A stretch of 64,000 nt of DNA. Origin: Squalus acanthias. Taxonomy: Eukaryota. The stretch spans positions 46,376,001-46,440,000 of the forward strand of contig CM059441.1 in the NCBI GenBank assembly GCA_030390025.1, written 5' to 3'. The stretch's first letter is position 1. Every line of letters begins with the position of its first letter. The position numbers and the translations under genes were made by a program. Positions 11,793-24,667 of this stretch are shown here, one piece after another. The notes below the pieces were generated by a model. It had not been told where the DNA came from. It saw only the letters and a program-made list of their open reading frames with translations, and made no database searches.

Positions 11793-14361
11793 CATAGACA
11801 TAGAAACATAGAAAATAGGAGCAGGAGGCCGCCATTCGGCCCCTCTAGCCTGCTCCGCCATTCAATGCGATCATGGCTGATCATCCAAATTCAGAACCCT
11901 GTCCCTGCTTTCTCCCCATATCCCTTTAGCCTCAAGAAATATATCCAACTCCTTCTTGAATATATTTAATGACTTGGCCTCTACTGCCTTCTGTGGTAGA
12001 GAATTCCACAGGTTCACCACTCTCTGGGTGAAGAAATTCCTCCTCATTTCTGTCCGAAATGGCTTACCCCTTATCCTTAGACTGTGACCCCTGGTTCTGG
12101 ACTCCCCGACCATCGGGAACATCCTTCCTGCAACTAGTCTGTCCAGTCCTGTCAGAATTTTATAAGTTTCAATGAGATCCCCTCTCATTCTTCTAAACTC
12201 CAGCGAGTACAAGCCCAATCGACCCAATCTCTCCTCATACGTCATTCCTGCCATCCCAGGTATCAGCCTGGTGAATCGTCGCTGAACTCCTTCCATGGCA
12301 AGAACCTCCTTCCTCAGATAAGGCGACCAAAACTGCACACAATACTCAAGGTGTGGTCTCACCAAGGTCCTGTACAACTACAGCAAGACATCCTTGTTCC
12401 TGAAATAAATAACCTCCCAGAGATGTCGGGGAACATAGGGTCTAATGAGAAGGAGGAACTGAAAGAAATCAGTATTTGTAGGGAAATAGTGTTAGGGAAA
12501 TTGACGGGATTGAAGGCCGATAAATCCCCAGGGCCTGATAATCTACATCCTAGGGTACTTAAGGATGTGGCCCTAGAAATAGTAGATGCATTGCTGGTCA
12601 TCTTCCAAAATTCTATAGACTCTGGAACAGTACCCATGGATTGGAGGGTAGCTAATGTTACCCCACTATTCAAAAAAGGTGGTAGAGAGAAAACGGGGAA
12701 TTATAGACCAGTAAGCCTGACATCGGTAGTGGGGAAAATGCTAGAGTCCATTATAAAAGATGTAATAGCAGAACACTTGGAAAACAGTGACACGATCGGA
12801 CAAAGTCAACATGGATTTACAAAAGGCAAATCGTGCTTGACTAATCTACTGGAATTTTTTGAGGATGTAACTGGTAAAATGGATAAGGGAGAACCAGTGG
12901 ATGTGGTGTATTTGGACTTTCAGAAGGCTTTCGATAAGGTCCCGCATAAGAGATTAGCGTGCAAAGTTAAGGCACATGGGATTGGGGGCAAGGTATTGAC
13001 TTGGATAGAGAACTGGTTGGCAGACAGAAAGCAAAGAGTTGGAATAAATGGGTCTTTTTCCGAGTGGCAGGCGGTGACTAGTGGGGTACCGCAGGGATCG
13101 GTCCTAGGACCCCAGCTATTCACAATATATATTAATGATCTGGACGATGGAATTGGATGTAATATCTCCAAGTTTGCAGACGACACAAAGCTGGGTGGGC
13201 GTGTGTGCCGTGAGGAGGATGCCGAGAAACTCCAGTATGATTTGGACAGGTTGGTTGATTGGGCAGAAGCATGGCAGATGCAATATAATGTGGATAAATG
13301 CGAGGTTATCCACTTTGGTGTCAAAAACAGGAAGGCAGATTATTATCTGAATGGCAATAGATTGGGAGAAGGGGAAGTGCAACGAGACCTGGGTGTCCTT
13401 GTGCACCAATCGCTGAAGGTAAGCATGCAGGTGCAGCAGGTGGTTAAGAAGGCAAATGGTATGTTGGCCTTCATAGCGAAAGGGTTCGAGTACAGGAACA
13501 AGGATGTCTTGCTGCAGTTGTACAGGGCCTTGGTGAGACCACACCTTGAGTATTGTGTGCAGTTTTGGTCGCCTTATCTGAGGAAGGATGTTCTTGCCAT
13601 GGAGGGAGTGCAGCGAAGATTCACCAGGCTGATACCCGGGATGGCAGGAATGGCGTATGAGGAGAGATTGGGTCGATTGGGCTTATACTCACTGGAGTTT
13701 AGAAGAATGAGAGGGGATCTCATTGAAACGTATAAAATTCTAACAGGACTAGACAGACTAGATGCAGGAAGGATGTTCCTGATGGCCGGGGAGTCCAGAA
13801 CCAGGGGTCACAGTCTAAGGATAAGGGGTAAGCCATTTAGGACTGAGATGAGGAGGAATTTCTTCACCCAGAGAGTGGTGAACCTGTGGAATTCTCTACC
13901 GCAGTAGAGGCCAATTCATTAAATATATTCAAGAAGGAGTTAGATATATTTCTTAAAACTAAAGGGATCAAGGGATATGGAGAGAAGGCAGGGACAGGGT
14001 ACTGAATTTGGATGATCAGCCATGATCTCATTGAATGGCGGAGCAGGCTCGAGGGGCTGAATGGCCTACTCCTGCTCCTATCTTCTATGTTTCTATGTAC
14101 TCAAACCCTCTCGCTACGAAGGCCAACATACCATTTGCCTTCTTAACCACCTGCTGCACCTGCATGCTTACCTTCAGCGACTGGTGCACAAGGACTCCCA
14201 GGTCTCGTTGCACTTCCCCTTCTCCCAACCTATTGCCAGTCAGATAATAATTTGCCTTCCTGTTGGACACCAAAGTGGATAACCTCGCATTTATCCACGT
14301 TATATTGCATCTGCCATGCTTCTGCCCAATCAACCAACCTGTCCAAATCATCCTGGAGTTT
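11793..14361 (-). mobile_element. CR1 LINE (pieces 11793-12402 and 14098-14361) split by the insertion at 12403-14097
   Basis: Joining ...ttgttcctg|tactcaaaccc... restores continuous antisense RT sequence; ORFs 11871..12377 and 14085..14489. Confidence 0.92.
12403..14097 (+). mobile_element. Young 5'-truncated CR1 LINE; RT frame open to 13907; (TTTCTATG)n tail
   Basis: ORF 12351..13907 with NYRPVSLTS, QHGF, YLDFQKAFD, GVPQGSVLGP, FADD; small deletion near the C-terminus. Confidence 0.96.
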
Positions 14362-15563
14362 AACCAACTTGATCGAGTTTTTTGATGAGGTAACAGAGGT
14401 TTAATGAGGTTGACGTGGTGTACAGGGATTTCCAAAAGGCAATCAACAAAGTGCCACACAATAGGCTTGCCAGCAAAGTTGAAGCCCATGGAATAAAAGG
14501 GACAGTGGTAGCATGGATACGAAATTGGCTAAGTGACAGCAAACAGTAGTGGTGAATGGTTGTTTTTCAGACTGGAGGAAGGTATACAGTGGTGGTCCCC
14601 AGGTGTCGGTTCAAGGACCATTGCTTTTCTTGATATATATTAATTACCTGGATGTGGGTGTACAGGGCACAATTTCAAAATTTGCAGATGACACAAAACC
14701 TGGAAGTATAGTGAACAGTGAGGAGGAGTGATAGGCTTCAAGAAAACAGGTGGAATGGGCAGACATGTGGCAGATGAAATTTAATGCAGAAAAGTGCGAA
14801 GTGATACATTTTGGTAGAAAGAATGAAGAGAGGAAATATAAACTAAAGGGTACAATCCTAAAGGGGGTGCATGAACAAAGAGACCTGGGGGTATGTATGC
14901 ACAAATCATTGAAGGTGGCAGGGCAGGTTGCGAAAGCAGTTAAAAAAGCTTACGGGATCCTGGGCTTCATGAATAGAGCCACACAGTACAAAAGCGTGGA
15001 AATTATGATGAACCTTTATAAAACACAGGTTTGGCCTCAACTGGAGTATTGTGTCCAATTCTGGGCACCGGGCTTTAGGAAGGATGTGAAGGTTTTAGAG
15101 AGGGTGCAGAAAAGATTTATGAGAATGATTCCAGGAATGAGGGACTTCAGTTACGTGGAGAGACTGGAGAAGCTGGGGCTGTTCTCCTTAGAGCAGAGAA
15201 GGTTGAGAGGAGATTTGATAGAGATGTTCAAAATCATGAGGGGTCTGGACAGAGTAGATGGAGAGAAACTGTTCCCATTGGCAGAAGGGTCGAGAACCAG
15301 AGGACACAGATTTAAGGTGATTGACAGAAGAACCAAAGGCGCCATGGGGAAAAACGTTTTTTACTCAGCGAGCAGTTAAGATCTGGAATGCACTGCCTGA
15401 GAGGGTGGTGGAGGCAGACTCAATTACGGCTTTCAAAAAAGGGAGTTCGAGAAGTACTTGAAGGAAAAAAATTGCAGGGCTACGGGGAAAGGGGGACTAG
15501 CTGAAGTGCTCTTGCAGGCTCGACGGGCCGAATGGCCTTCTTCCATGCTGTAACCATTCTATG
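14360..15563 (+). mobile_element. CR1 LINE of a second subfamily, decayed RT plus 3' UTR
   Basis: ORFs 14549..14731 and 14750..15379; ends ccattctatga. Confidence 0.93.
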
Positions 15564-15924
15564 AATTGAAGGATAATTCAAATCTAAGCACAAAATTCCA
15601 CTGTAGAATCCAGTTCAATTCCAGTGTAGAAATCTTTTGAATATTTACTGGATCAGTTCCACAAAAGTAACCCATACAATTTCTTTACATCTGTCTGGAT
15701 TTGAAAAGCAGAAGTGTTGTACACAGTGGACCAGGTCACTTATCCCATTTACACAATACTCTTCATATACACTCACTTGTAGTGGCTTATTTTCCTATTG
15801 GTGCTAAAGGCATTAATTAGCACCTTTATTAGAGGATAGTAGAAAAATTAAGAAATTCAATGAGCACTTGCGCAAGGTATAATTGGCCTGCTGTCCACTG
15901 AATCATATCCCATCATGCTTTGTT

Positions 15925-16150
15925 AATTATTTGTTTATGGGATGTGGGCATCACTGGCAAGGCCAGCATTTATTGCCCCTCCCTAATTGCCCTGGAGAAG
16001 GTGGTGGTGAGCTGCCTTCTTTAACCGCTGCAGTCCGTGCGGTGAAGGTACTCCCACAGTGCTGTTACGTAGGGAGTTCCAGGATTTTGACCCGTCGATG
16101 AAGGATCGGCGATATACTTCAAAATCAGATTGGTGTGTGACTTGGAGGGC
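15925..16150 (-). mobile_element. LINE 3'-end fragment (common elasmobranch repeat)
   Basis: atgggatgtgggcatcactggcaaggccagcatttattgccc...; recognised from memory only. Confidence 0.55.
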
Positions 16151-16530
16151 AACGCTTTAAAGACAGGATTGCCGAGAAAGCATTCATTTATCAGTGTAAC
16201 GAGCCTGTCCTGGCTACAATTTTTGCAGTATTTCTGGGGACAGCTACAGCCATGGAAAGACCATGAAAACACTAGTCCTGGTAAGGAGGCCAACCACAGA
16301 AGGTTTTGGCTTTGCATTTTCTTCTACTACTCAAGCACCTCATATTCAAGTACTCCCTCGTTACATATAATGGAATTTCAACTAACCATACTTAACCCAA
16401 ATCGTTTAACTCACTAATATAAATCAATCATTTGCCTCTCAAAAGTTGGATTCCCATATGTTACTTGGTAGTTATCACATTAGAAGCACGGAGCTATTTC
16501 TTAAATCCATGAAGTTCACCTAGTTCTTAC

Positions 16531-16643
16531 CTGTAGTAATCTTGGCGACTTTCTCAGCACTCACTTTGTTTCCTTTTCCCTTTGACAAACTGTATTCCAC
16601 AACATCCCCGACATCCAGCTCATCAACATCGCCCGAGAACTCA
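16531..16643 (-). CDS. CSDE1: CSDE1 coding exon, 113 nt, EFSGDVDELDVGDVVEYSLSKGKGNKVSAEKVAKITT
   Basis: ccccag|T ... CAG|gtaaga; ORF 16520..16735. Confidence 0.96.
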
Positions 16644-17819
16644 CTGGGGAACCGCAAGAACATCAGTGTATGAAATGTAACAAGCTCAATAGTTGCAGCA
16701 CTGCTCAAAGGTTGAAGCGTATACAGCTCGGACATCCTTGTATTGATTTTGTGCCAAGGCCAATATCTCAGAACAGAGATTCAAATATTGGCAAACTAGT
16801 AAAGTGTCAGTATGCTGGTTAATATCACACTTCAATGTAGCCCCCAACACTTAAAACAGCCATGTTTAAAACGGGCAGTCGCTTATACCGGCCAAAAAAA
16901 ACCAACCATTAGCATTAGTGTCAATTTTTAAGTTTCTGGTTATAGTGTCTTCTGTGCTCTATTTATTTTGGGAGAAACAGCTGTGCTTACTCACTCGATA
17001 AGAAACTGTCTTCAAATTAAGAGGCTATGCCACAAATAATATTGCATAATTGCCACCAGCTAAATGTCTCACACTAATGGCAATATCTAGGCTTCATAGA
17101 TTTCCATAATTCCGGATCACTAACTTAACAAATGTTGGTACAGATGTCAGAGGTACACAGCCACCGAGGCAGCAACATCCCGTTCTGTATCTGTTGCAAC
17201 TGTCCGCATTTCAGACGTAGTGTCTGCCTTTGTGGATTAAAATCAATGGAGCGCCTCAATTTTCCCCATCCACTACATGATGCAGCTACTCCAGGAATCC
17301 AAAGTCTGCTACACATTGTGTACAAGAATTCCTGATCTACAAAAACTACTGCCAACATGCAGGAAAGTTTCAATTCCTCTGGAGCAACAGGTAGGGGTAA
17401 AGGGAGAATCGAGGAAGAAAAGGGCTAGCATGAACTGGAAGGGGAATCAGAGAACAGTGCAGTCAGTGATGTGTGTGAAAGGCTAAATTAGATTAATGGT
17501 AAGTGTTATTAACTTACTGGCTTCCCAAGATATTTAAACGGCTTTGCGGCAGGAGGTGGACATCCTAAAGTTTCTCATTACATTTTTGTTTGGGGCAGTG
17601 GGGGCTCTTTTCAATACAGCCAAAAAAAAGTTTAAAAGCAAATCTGATAGAAGTATTCAAAATTATGAAGTTAATATCCTGGAATTCCCCAACATCACTG
17701 TGGGAGCAACATCACTAGGTTCAAGGTGGCACACCATCAGCTTCTCAGGGAAACCCACGATAGGCAGAAAATGTGATCTTGCCAGCATCGCCCACAACAA
17801 AGAACCAAAAAAAAGGAAA

Positions 17820-18085
17820 TAATTTATACTGTCTGGTGAGTCAGTAACTAGAGGGCATAATTTTACCAGCAAAAGAACAAAGAGGTTAGTATTTTTTGTG
17901 TAGGGTGCTGTTACAACATGGATTACCCTACCAGAAATTGATGGAGAGAATTCATAGTGGGATTGAAAAGGAAGTGGATAAATATTTGCAAAAGAAAAAA
18001 TAGGGAGATGGGACTAAGCAAATATCGGTCTTTTGTAAACCCAGCACAGGTGCAATGGGCTGAAACGCCCATTTCTGTGCTGTAA
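17820..18085 (+). mobile_element. Highly decayed CR1 3' fragment
   Basis: aactagagggcataa...gtggataaatatttg...gggctgaa..tttctgtgctgt. Confidence 0.6.
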
Positions 18086-20608
18086 AACGTTATTCTAAGT
18101 CTTGTGTACTCATTGGTAGTGACTCACTTTGGTTTAAAAAAAAACAAATTACTGTACTTCACAATGAAAAAACAGCTCCAATCATTTAAATAGGCCTACA
18201 ATGTGGAGTCAATAAGACTGATGCACTGCTCGTGTTGCTTTGATATTGATAGTTGTACATATCTGATGCCAATTGGAACAGAGTTCAATACAGGCACAGC
18301 TACATTTTAAATTAAATGTACAGGTATGTAGCTAGGCCAAGGTTTTACTGTGTCCTTGATGTCTTACAACAAAATTCATCCTCTTATATACAACTTTCAA
18401 CCGTGCTTCCTGAACAGCAAGTAATATTTGATCTGTCCACCCATACACAAACTTCCGGTCAAATATAATGTAAAGTTAGGATAATGTCCCAACTTACTGG
18501 CAGAGTGGTATAAAGTGGATTCACAACAGTAAATTCCTCTATTTGACTCACTCCCAACCATACCACTGCCTTGAAGGCAAGGCATCATTCATAGGGGAAA
18601 GCGAGTTAGTGGACAAGTCATCCCAGGCCACTTTTGCTTTGTGAGTTTGTCATCATCTTGCCCTCAGTTCTAGGGAATGTCTCATCATAATGGCAATCAG
18701 AAGAGGGACAAAAAATAAAATGAACACCTACAATTTTTGTTGGTCATGATCTACAATATTTCTCTGTGCAAACTGCAAAATTAGAAAGCAAGCATTAAAT
18801 TGTTCCCATTTATACAAATGACCCAATTTTTAATACCCAAAATAACTCAATTTTGATATGCCTTACATTAAGATCAACCAAGCATCCCATTTCAGTACTG
18901 AAATGGATAGAATTGGATGTGCCACATTAAATATGCTTGTTAGCCAAGCCAGTGCTGCTTTCTATAAACTAAGATGTTCTATTTCCAGGCACTGCAAATG
19001 TATAAATATATTTATGGATTACAATGTAAATATTTAACTGAAAATAATTCATAAAGTTGCAGATTGTGTGAATCTTTCCAACCTTCATGTGGTTTTCTTT
19101 AAAAAAGTGTTAATTAGCACTACTTGAGACCAGATTATGAAACAGGATATAGTACATCCAACTAGCTGATCAGTTACGCCTTGCAAATGCTTGCCTTAAG
19201 ATAGATACAATTAAGTGTATGGCATTTCAGAAAGGTACATTTTAAGAATGACCAGTAATTCTGGAGGTGGTATTTTGTGCCACCTACGCAAAGTCAGATG
19301 AAAAAAGTGAACTTTTCGGTTTTATATTATTTACTTCAGGATATGCAACTCATACTTTGAAACATATTTTGGGTTAGATTTTTCCACACACTCACAGCAA
19401 GTAGGTGTGGGAGTAAAGGGGGGAAAGCCATCAGCAAGCTGCTGCCCCCATCATTCCAAATTCTGCATTCCTCATGAGTTTCACCTGAAAGATGGGCTCC
19501 TCTTGCCCAGCTGCAGGGAGCTGTTCAGACACTCAAGCATCCGTTAACTGATTTAAGAATGACTAAAGCTGAAGGTGGGCCCTAGCTCTTTGCCATGTCC
19601 ATTTTAAGAAGCTGCTGCCTTGTTTCAAATCACTTTACTGGAAGGAGCTATTGCTTGTGGAGCTGTCATACTGTGGAAAGTTTTTTTTTTTTAAAAAGGG
19701 AGCGGGGGGAGGAAACACAAAGGGGTCTCAAAAGTGCATGGCAGTATGGGTGTAGTCAAGAAACCAGGATTTTTGGTGTACTGCTTTATGGCTGGCTCTC
19801 GACTTTAATACCAGCAGAAATGTCAAAAATATACACAATGATTACTCCAGTATCAAGTGGAAAAGTAACCGTTAGAAACTTAGCATTCTTCAGATGGCAA
19901 ACACTTCTGAAAAATACACAATTCTAATTTGCTTTAATATAGAAAGCAGCCTTGTACTTGAGCTATTTTACTGGCCTCTTATCCAAACACATTTTAGTCA
20001 TATGTGGAATACCTCATTAGTGACACCATCTAGTGGTGGATGCCTGACTGCACAGTTCACTTTGCTTCTTCCCATGTTGAACATACAAGTGTTAGATTTT
20101 AGGCATGCATTCGTAAAAGGAACAAAAAACCAAGAGAGTCTGTTTAGTGGTCATGAACATGGACAATAATTGCCCATTTACACAGTCTAAATCCATGGAG
20201 TAATTCTCCATACAATAGTGAAACCCCTGTAGCCAGTAGAGTTTTCATTGCAATACCATGTGGTTGGCCTCACTGAAGGGAGTCCTTGATCTAAAAACAT
20301 TTACATCTATCATGGGATGCCAGTGACCACACTTCCCATATATACACAAGATCTGACTGTAGAAAAATGCAGCACTGGAAATTCTACGCAGAGAAGCAAA
20401 AAGTAACACCAACCTATTTCAGTAAAATGCACACCCAATCCAGACACTCAAAACTTGCCAAGAAAGGTCATGCTTAGGGCTTCTGGACAAAGTAAGCAAA
20501 TAGTGAACAATGATTTGGATTTCAGACTCATTAGGTATGCACTTCTCCGGATGACTACATTCCACACTATTCTGTAAATACAGTGCAAAAGTCAAATATG
20601 TGGCTCAC

Positions 20609-20784
20609 CTGTAGTGGAAGAAGATTTCTTGATCATGTTGAGAAGTTTCTATGAAACCAAAGTTATCCTTCAATGCTGCCACATAGCCTACAAGTCTCTT
20701 GGCATTGGGGTTACGATTTAGAATTTTGATTGACACTGCACTCTGTAGGCCAGTTCTTTTAACTTCACAAATGCTAAATTCAAT
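20609..20784 (-). CDS. CSDE1: CSDE1 coding exon, 176 nt, IEFSICEVKRTGLQSAVSIKILNRNPNAKRLVGYVAALKDNFGFIETSQHDQEIFFHY(S)
   Basis: acatag|ATT ... CAG|gtgagc; translated by hand; RNP motifs. Confidence 0.96.
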
Positions 20785-22169
20785 CTATGTGAAAGATTAG
20801 AGAAAAAATTAGTACCTTTAAGCAAGAAATTTTTATTTTTTGAATTGACTATTTATTTCCATGTAAGCAATGTGGCTTTATAAAAACTAGCATTGCTATA
20901 CCAATGGAAATACACACACTTGCCTAGGTATAGAATCGCAACAAGTCTGACAGATAACTCTAGAAAGTTATTTTTCCGTTGAAACTTCAGATTCATCACA
21001 TATGATAACTCTGGTAGGTGACCGTAACCAGCTTGTGAATTAGTCACTGAAATGCATCACACTGCATGATCAGCCAAAGATGGTCTTTTTGTTGGCTACA
21101 AAGGGCTTGCATTAAACACCTTTGGGGAGCCTCAGCCCGCTCAGGCGGGACGTGGGATTACAAATTTACTGAATATTTTTGTGGGCTAAGGCCCATGAAA
21201 ATGAGTTAGGTTTTGACAGCCATTGCGGGAGCAAATGGATGCATCTTCAAATAGTTTTCTGAAGCCACATCACAAAACCGCTCACAACAATTCTCAACAG
21301 TTCAGTGAGTTTATCATATCAGTAGCTGCTCCATACAGACCAGGTAGGGGTCAGTGGTGCTCAAAATGGAAAAAGCATCAGTGTCTGTAGCACAAGCATC
21401 TCAGAACACAAAATTCACTAAAAGATATAGATTTAGACTGCATAACCAAAATACATGACAGAAACTGCAGGGCAGGAAAGAAAAGGATGAATATCATGTT
21501 TTGCAGTAGAGGCAGGCCTATATTACTAGGAACCAATAACCACTGTCTTCATTATTATATGAGCCTTACTTAAGTGCCAAGCATAGTATCATTCCAGCTC
21601 CTGTCAGTTAGAGAGAAATCAATGAGTCCTAAAGTATTATAGAACAATTTAACTGATGTGTTTTTGCGTTAACAAAAATTAATTGGTTTATCACAATCAG
21701 CAAAATGCAGGTATTCCATTTAGGAGACAGCTATAACTCACTCATTGATATTTCTACAAGACAAATAACTACCATATACAGCCTATTTCAACTATACCAG
21801 CTGATCAACAAATTGGTACTTACAAGTAAATGCATTAAGAGGTTGAACTTTCTCAAAAGGAAGTTTGCGGTATTGGATTAGCACAAACTTTAAAGGCCCC
21901 CACTGGCACATCTTCATCCATAATGGTCTGGATTTCAATCTTATCCCTGCCCACTGCCAGTAATATTATGACCAAAGAATATTTTTGCAGGGCAAGTGTA
22001 AGTTGCATTTGCACCAGCATCCTTTCCACCCAAAACTTAACACTTTGTGGCAGCACAGCACTCCACGGAGTGAGAATGAGCAACAGAAGCTGGGAACTTC
22101 AGTTGGGAACCAATGTTCTAAACTCTATCATACAAAAAGATACAATGGGCAGGTACAAAAACTGAGTAA

Positions 22170-22470
22170 CCACAGAAGTGTACAGGACAGAGGGAACCCA
22201 TTTGGTCCATCATGTCTGTGCTGGCTTTTTACCAGAGCAATCAAAAATGAAGTCACTGCTCTGATCACTCTCCACCTCTTTGTATTTTTCTCTGCTTCAA
22301 AAATGTATCAATTATTTCCTTAACAGTCACTGCTTCAATTACTCCCTCCCTGTGGCAAAGCATTCTATGTTCCAACAATTAAATGTAAAGAAGTTTCTCC
22401 TAACCTCTCTCCTCACTATTGTGGCAATTTACAATTGCCACCCCTCATTACAAATTCAGGTTTGCTGGAA
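22170..22470 (-). mobile_element. Highly decayed CR1 3' fragment
   Basis: Degenerate match to the 22900-23200 terminus. Confidence 0.55.
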
Positions 22471-22899
22471 CTAGAAAATTCTTTAGTGTCAGTCGCTCCC
22501 TCAAGTGGTCCATCTTGCTTTTATGGAAGTTGACTCACTGTCCTGTATCTACAGTAGTATCCCGTTGCGATCTGGATTGGAACCTCAAACCTTTTGCATG
22601 TTTCTTCAGTCTCTCAGTAGGTGGAATGAGTCAACACTGGACAGGGTGAATTTGGTATGATAGACAAGCTGTGTTATTCCACAGCAAGGCGAAACGTACA
22701 GAGCAATAGGTATGATCAGTCACTTAGTTCACTCAGTACAACTTATATGTGCATAATGATACAAAATAAAAGGAGACGTGAGGCTACCGCCACTTTGAGG
22801 CTTTTAACTTTGAGAAGAATTCTTAACCTACAGCCCAGAGCAGAACCACTCTCCATACAGTCCAGTCTTTCCCAACCTTTTACTGCCTGCTCATGTATA

Positions 22900-23968
22900 A
22901 ATCATAGAACGGTTACAGCACGGAAGGCGGCCATTTGGCCCGTCGAGCCCATGCCAGCTCTCTGCAAGAGCACTTCAGTTAGTCCCACTCCCCCGCCCTT
23001 TCCCTGCAAATTTCTTTCCTTCAGATACTTATCCAACTCCCTGTTGAAAGCCACGATTGAATCTGCCTCCACCACCCTTTCAGGCAGTGCATTCCAGACC
23101 CTAACCACTCGCTGCGTAATTTTTTTTTTTTCTTACCTCGCCTTTGGTTCTTTTGCCAATCACCTTAAATCTATGTCCTCTGATTCGCAACCCTTCTGCC
23201 AATGGGAACAGTTTCTCTCCATCTACTCTGTCCAGACCCCTCATGATTTTGAACACCTCTATCAAATCTCCTCTCAATCTTCTCTGCTCCAAGGAGAACA
23301 GCCCCAGCTTCTCCAGTCTATCAAGGCAACTGAATTCCCTCCTTCCTAGATCATTCTCGTAAATCTTTTCCACACCATCTCCAAGGCCTTTACATCCTTC
23401 CTTGGGGCCAAACCAGTGCTTTATACAGATTCATCATAATTTCCACACTTTTGTGCTCTATACCTCTATTTATGAAGCCCAGGATCCAATAAGCCTTTTT
23501 AACTGCTTTCTCAACCTGCCCTGCCACCTTCAACGATTTGTGCACATATACCTAGGTCTCTGTTTGTGCACCCTCTTTAAGATTGTACCATTTAGTTTAT
23601 ATTTCCTCTCCTCATTCTTTCTACCAAAATGTATCACTTCACACTTTTCTGCGTTAAATTCCATCTGCCACGTGTCTGCCCATTCCACCAGCCTGTATGT
23701 TTTCTTGAAGTCTATCACTGTCCTCTTCACTGTTCACTATACTTCCAAGTTTTGTGTCATCTGCAAATTTTGAAATTGTGCCCTGCACACCCAAGTCCAA
23801 GTCATTAATATATATCAAGAAAAGCAGTGATCCTAGTACCGACCCCAGGGAACACCACTGTATACCTTCCTCCAGTACGAAAAACAACTGTTCACCACTA
23901 CTCTGTCTCCTGTCACTTTGTATCCAATTCTGTGTCCTTGCTGCCACTGTCCCTTTTATTCCATGGGC
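22900..23968 (-). mobile_element. CR1 LINE, same subfamily as 14360-15563, opposite orientation
   Basis: ORFs 23654..23971 (LGVQGTISKFADD), 23530..23730, 23101..23373 and 22902..23108 closely match the peptides of 14549..15379. Confidence 0.93.
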
Positions 23969-24547
23969 CATCTTCCAAAAATCTGACTACCTCCTTTAGT
24001 GTCTATGTTCAATTCTTAAAAGCCATTCGCTATCAAAAAGCCTGCCGCTCTCAGACCGATAAATCATAGGGTTTTCCAACACTATGGCAAGAGATGTCTT
24101 TCTGAATACTCAAACTAATGAATTGCTTGTTTGGTCTCTTGGAAAAACTTCCAATTAGCATCCTAAACATCTCTCGTCCAAGTGTTCCATTAAACAAAAC
24201 TGGAGAGGATGCACATGGTTTTTAAAAACTCAGCATTAAAAGTAACTTTTTCCAATTCCTTTGTGGAAAATGGTTAAAAATTCTAGAAATATGAAATCCA
24301 TGGTCAACCAGACCAACAACTTTTCCCTATTCACCAGCAAATCCTTCTCTTTGTCTATAATGAACTAATGGAAATGGTCAGTAATTAAAAGGTCCCTCAT
24401 AACTAGTTTGCCGTCTAAGATATCAATCACCCTGGTGAACCCACGATGTATCCTATAAAGTCCTTTTTATAATGAGACACCAAAAACATAGTACTGTAAA
24501 CTAACCATTGCCTTATAACATTTATTAGCTCTTTACTCCTGTAAGAT

Positions 24548-24667
24548 TTTCCCTTCCTACATTACAAGTGACTACACTTAAAGTACTTCATTGAATGTAA
24601 AGCACTTTGGGACATCCCAAGGTCATGAAAGGTGCTGTATAAACGCAAGTGTTTCTTTCTTTCTTTA
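24548..24667 (+). mobile_element. DeuSINE 3' fragment
   Basis: cctacattacaa.gtgactacactt...gtaaagcactttgggacatcc...(tttc)n. Confidence 0.8.

Noticed and set aside
12351-13907. 518-aa ORF as a host gene or complete retrotransposon ORF2
   Set aside because: Chimeric: the first ~17 codons are the antisense strand of the interrupted CR1, the start is GTG, and there is no endonuclease domain. It is a 5'-truncated insertion.
22657-23349. 230-aa plus-strand ORF
   Set aside because: Mostly the antisense frame of the CR1 at 22900-23968.
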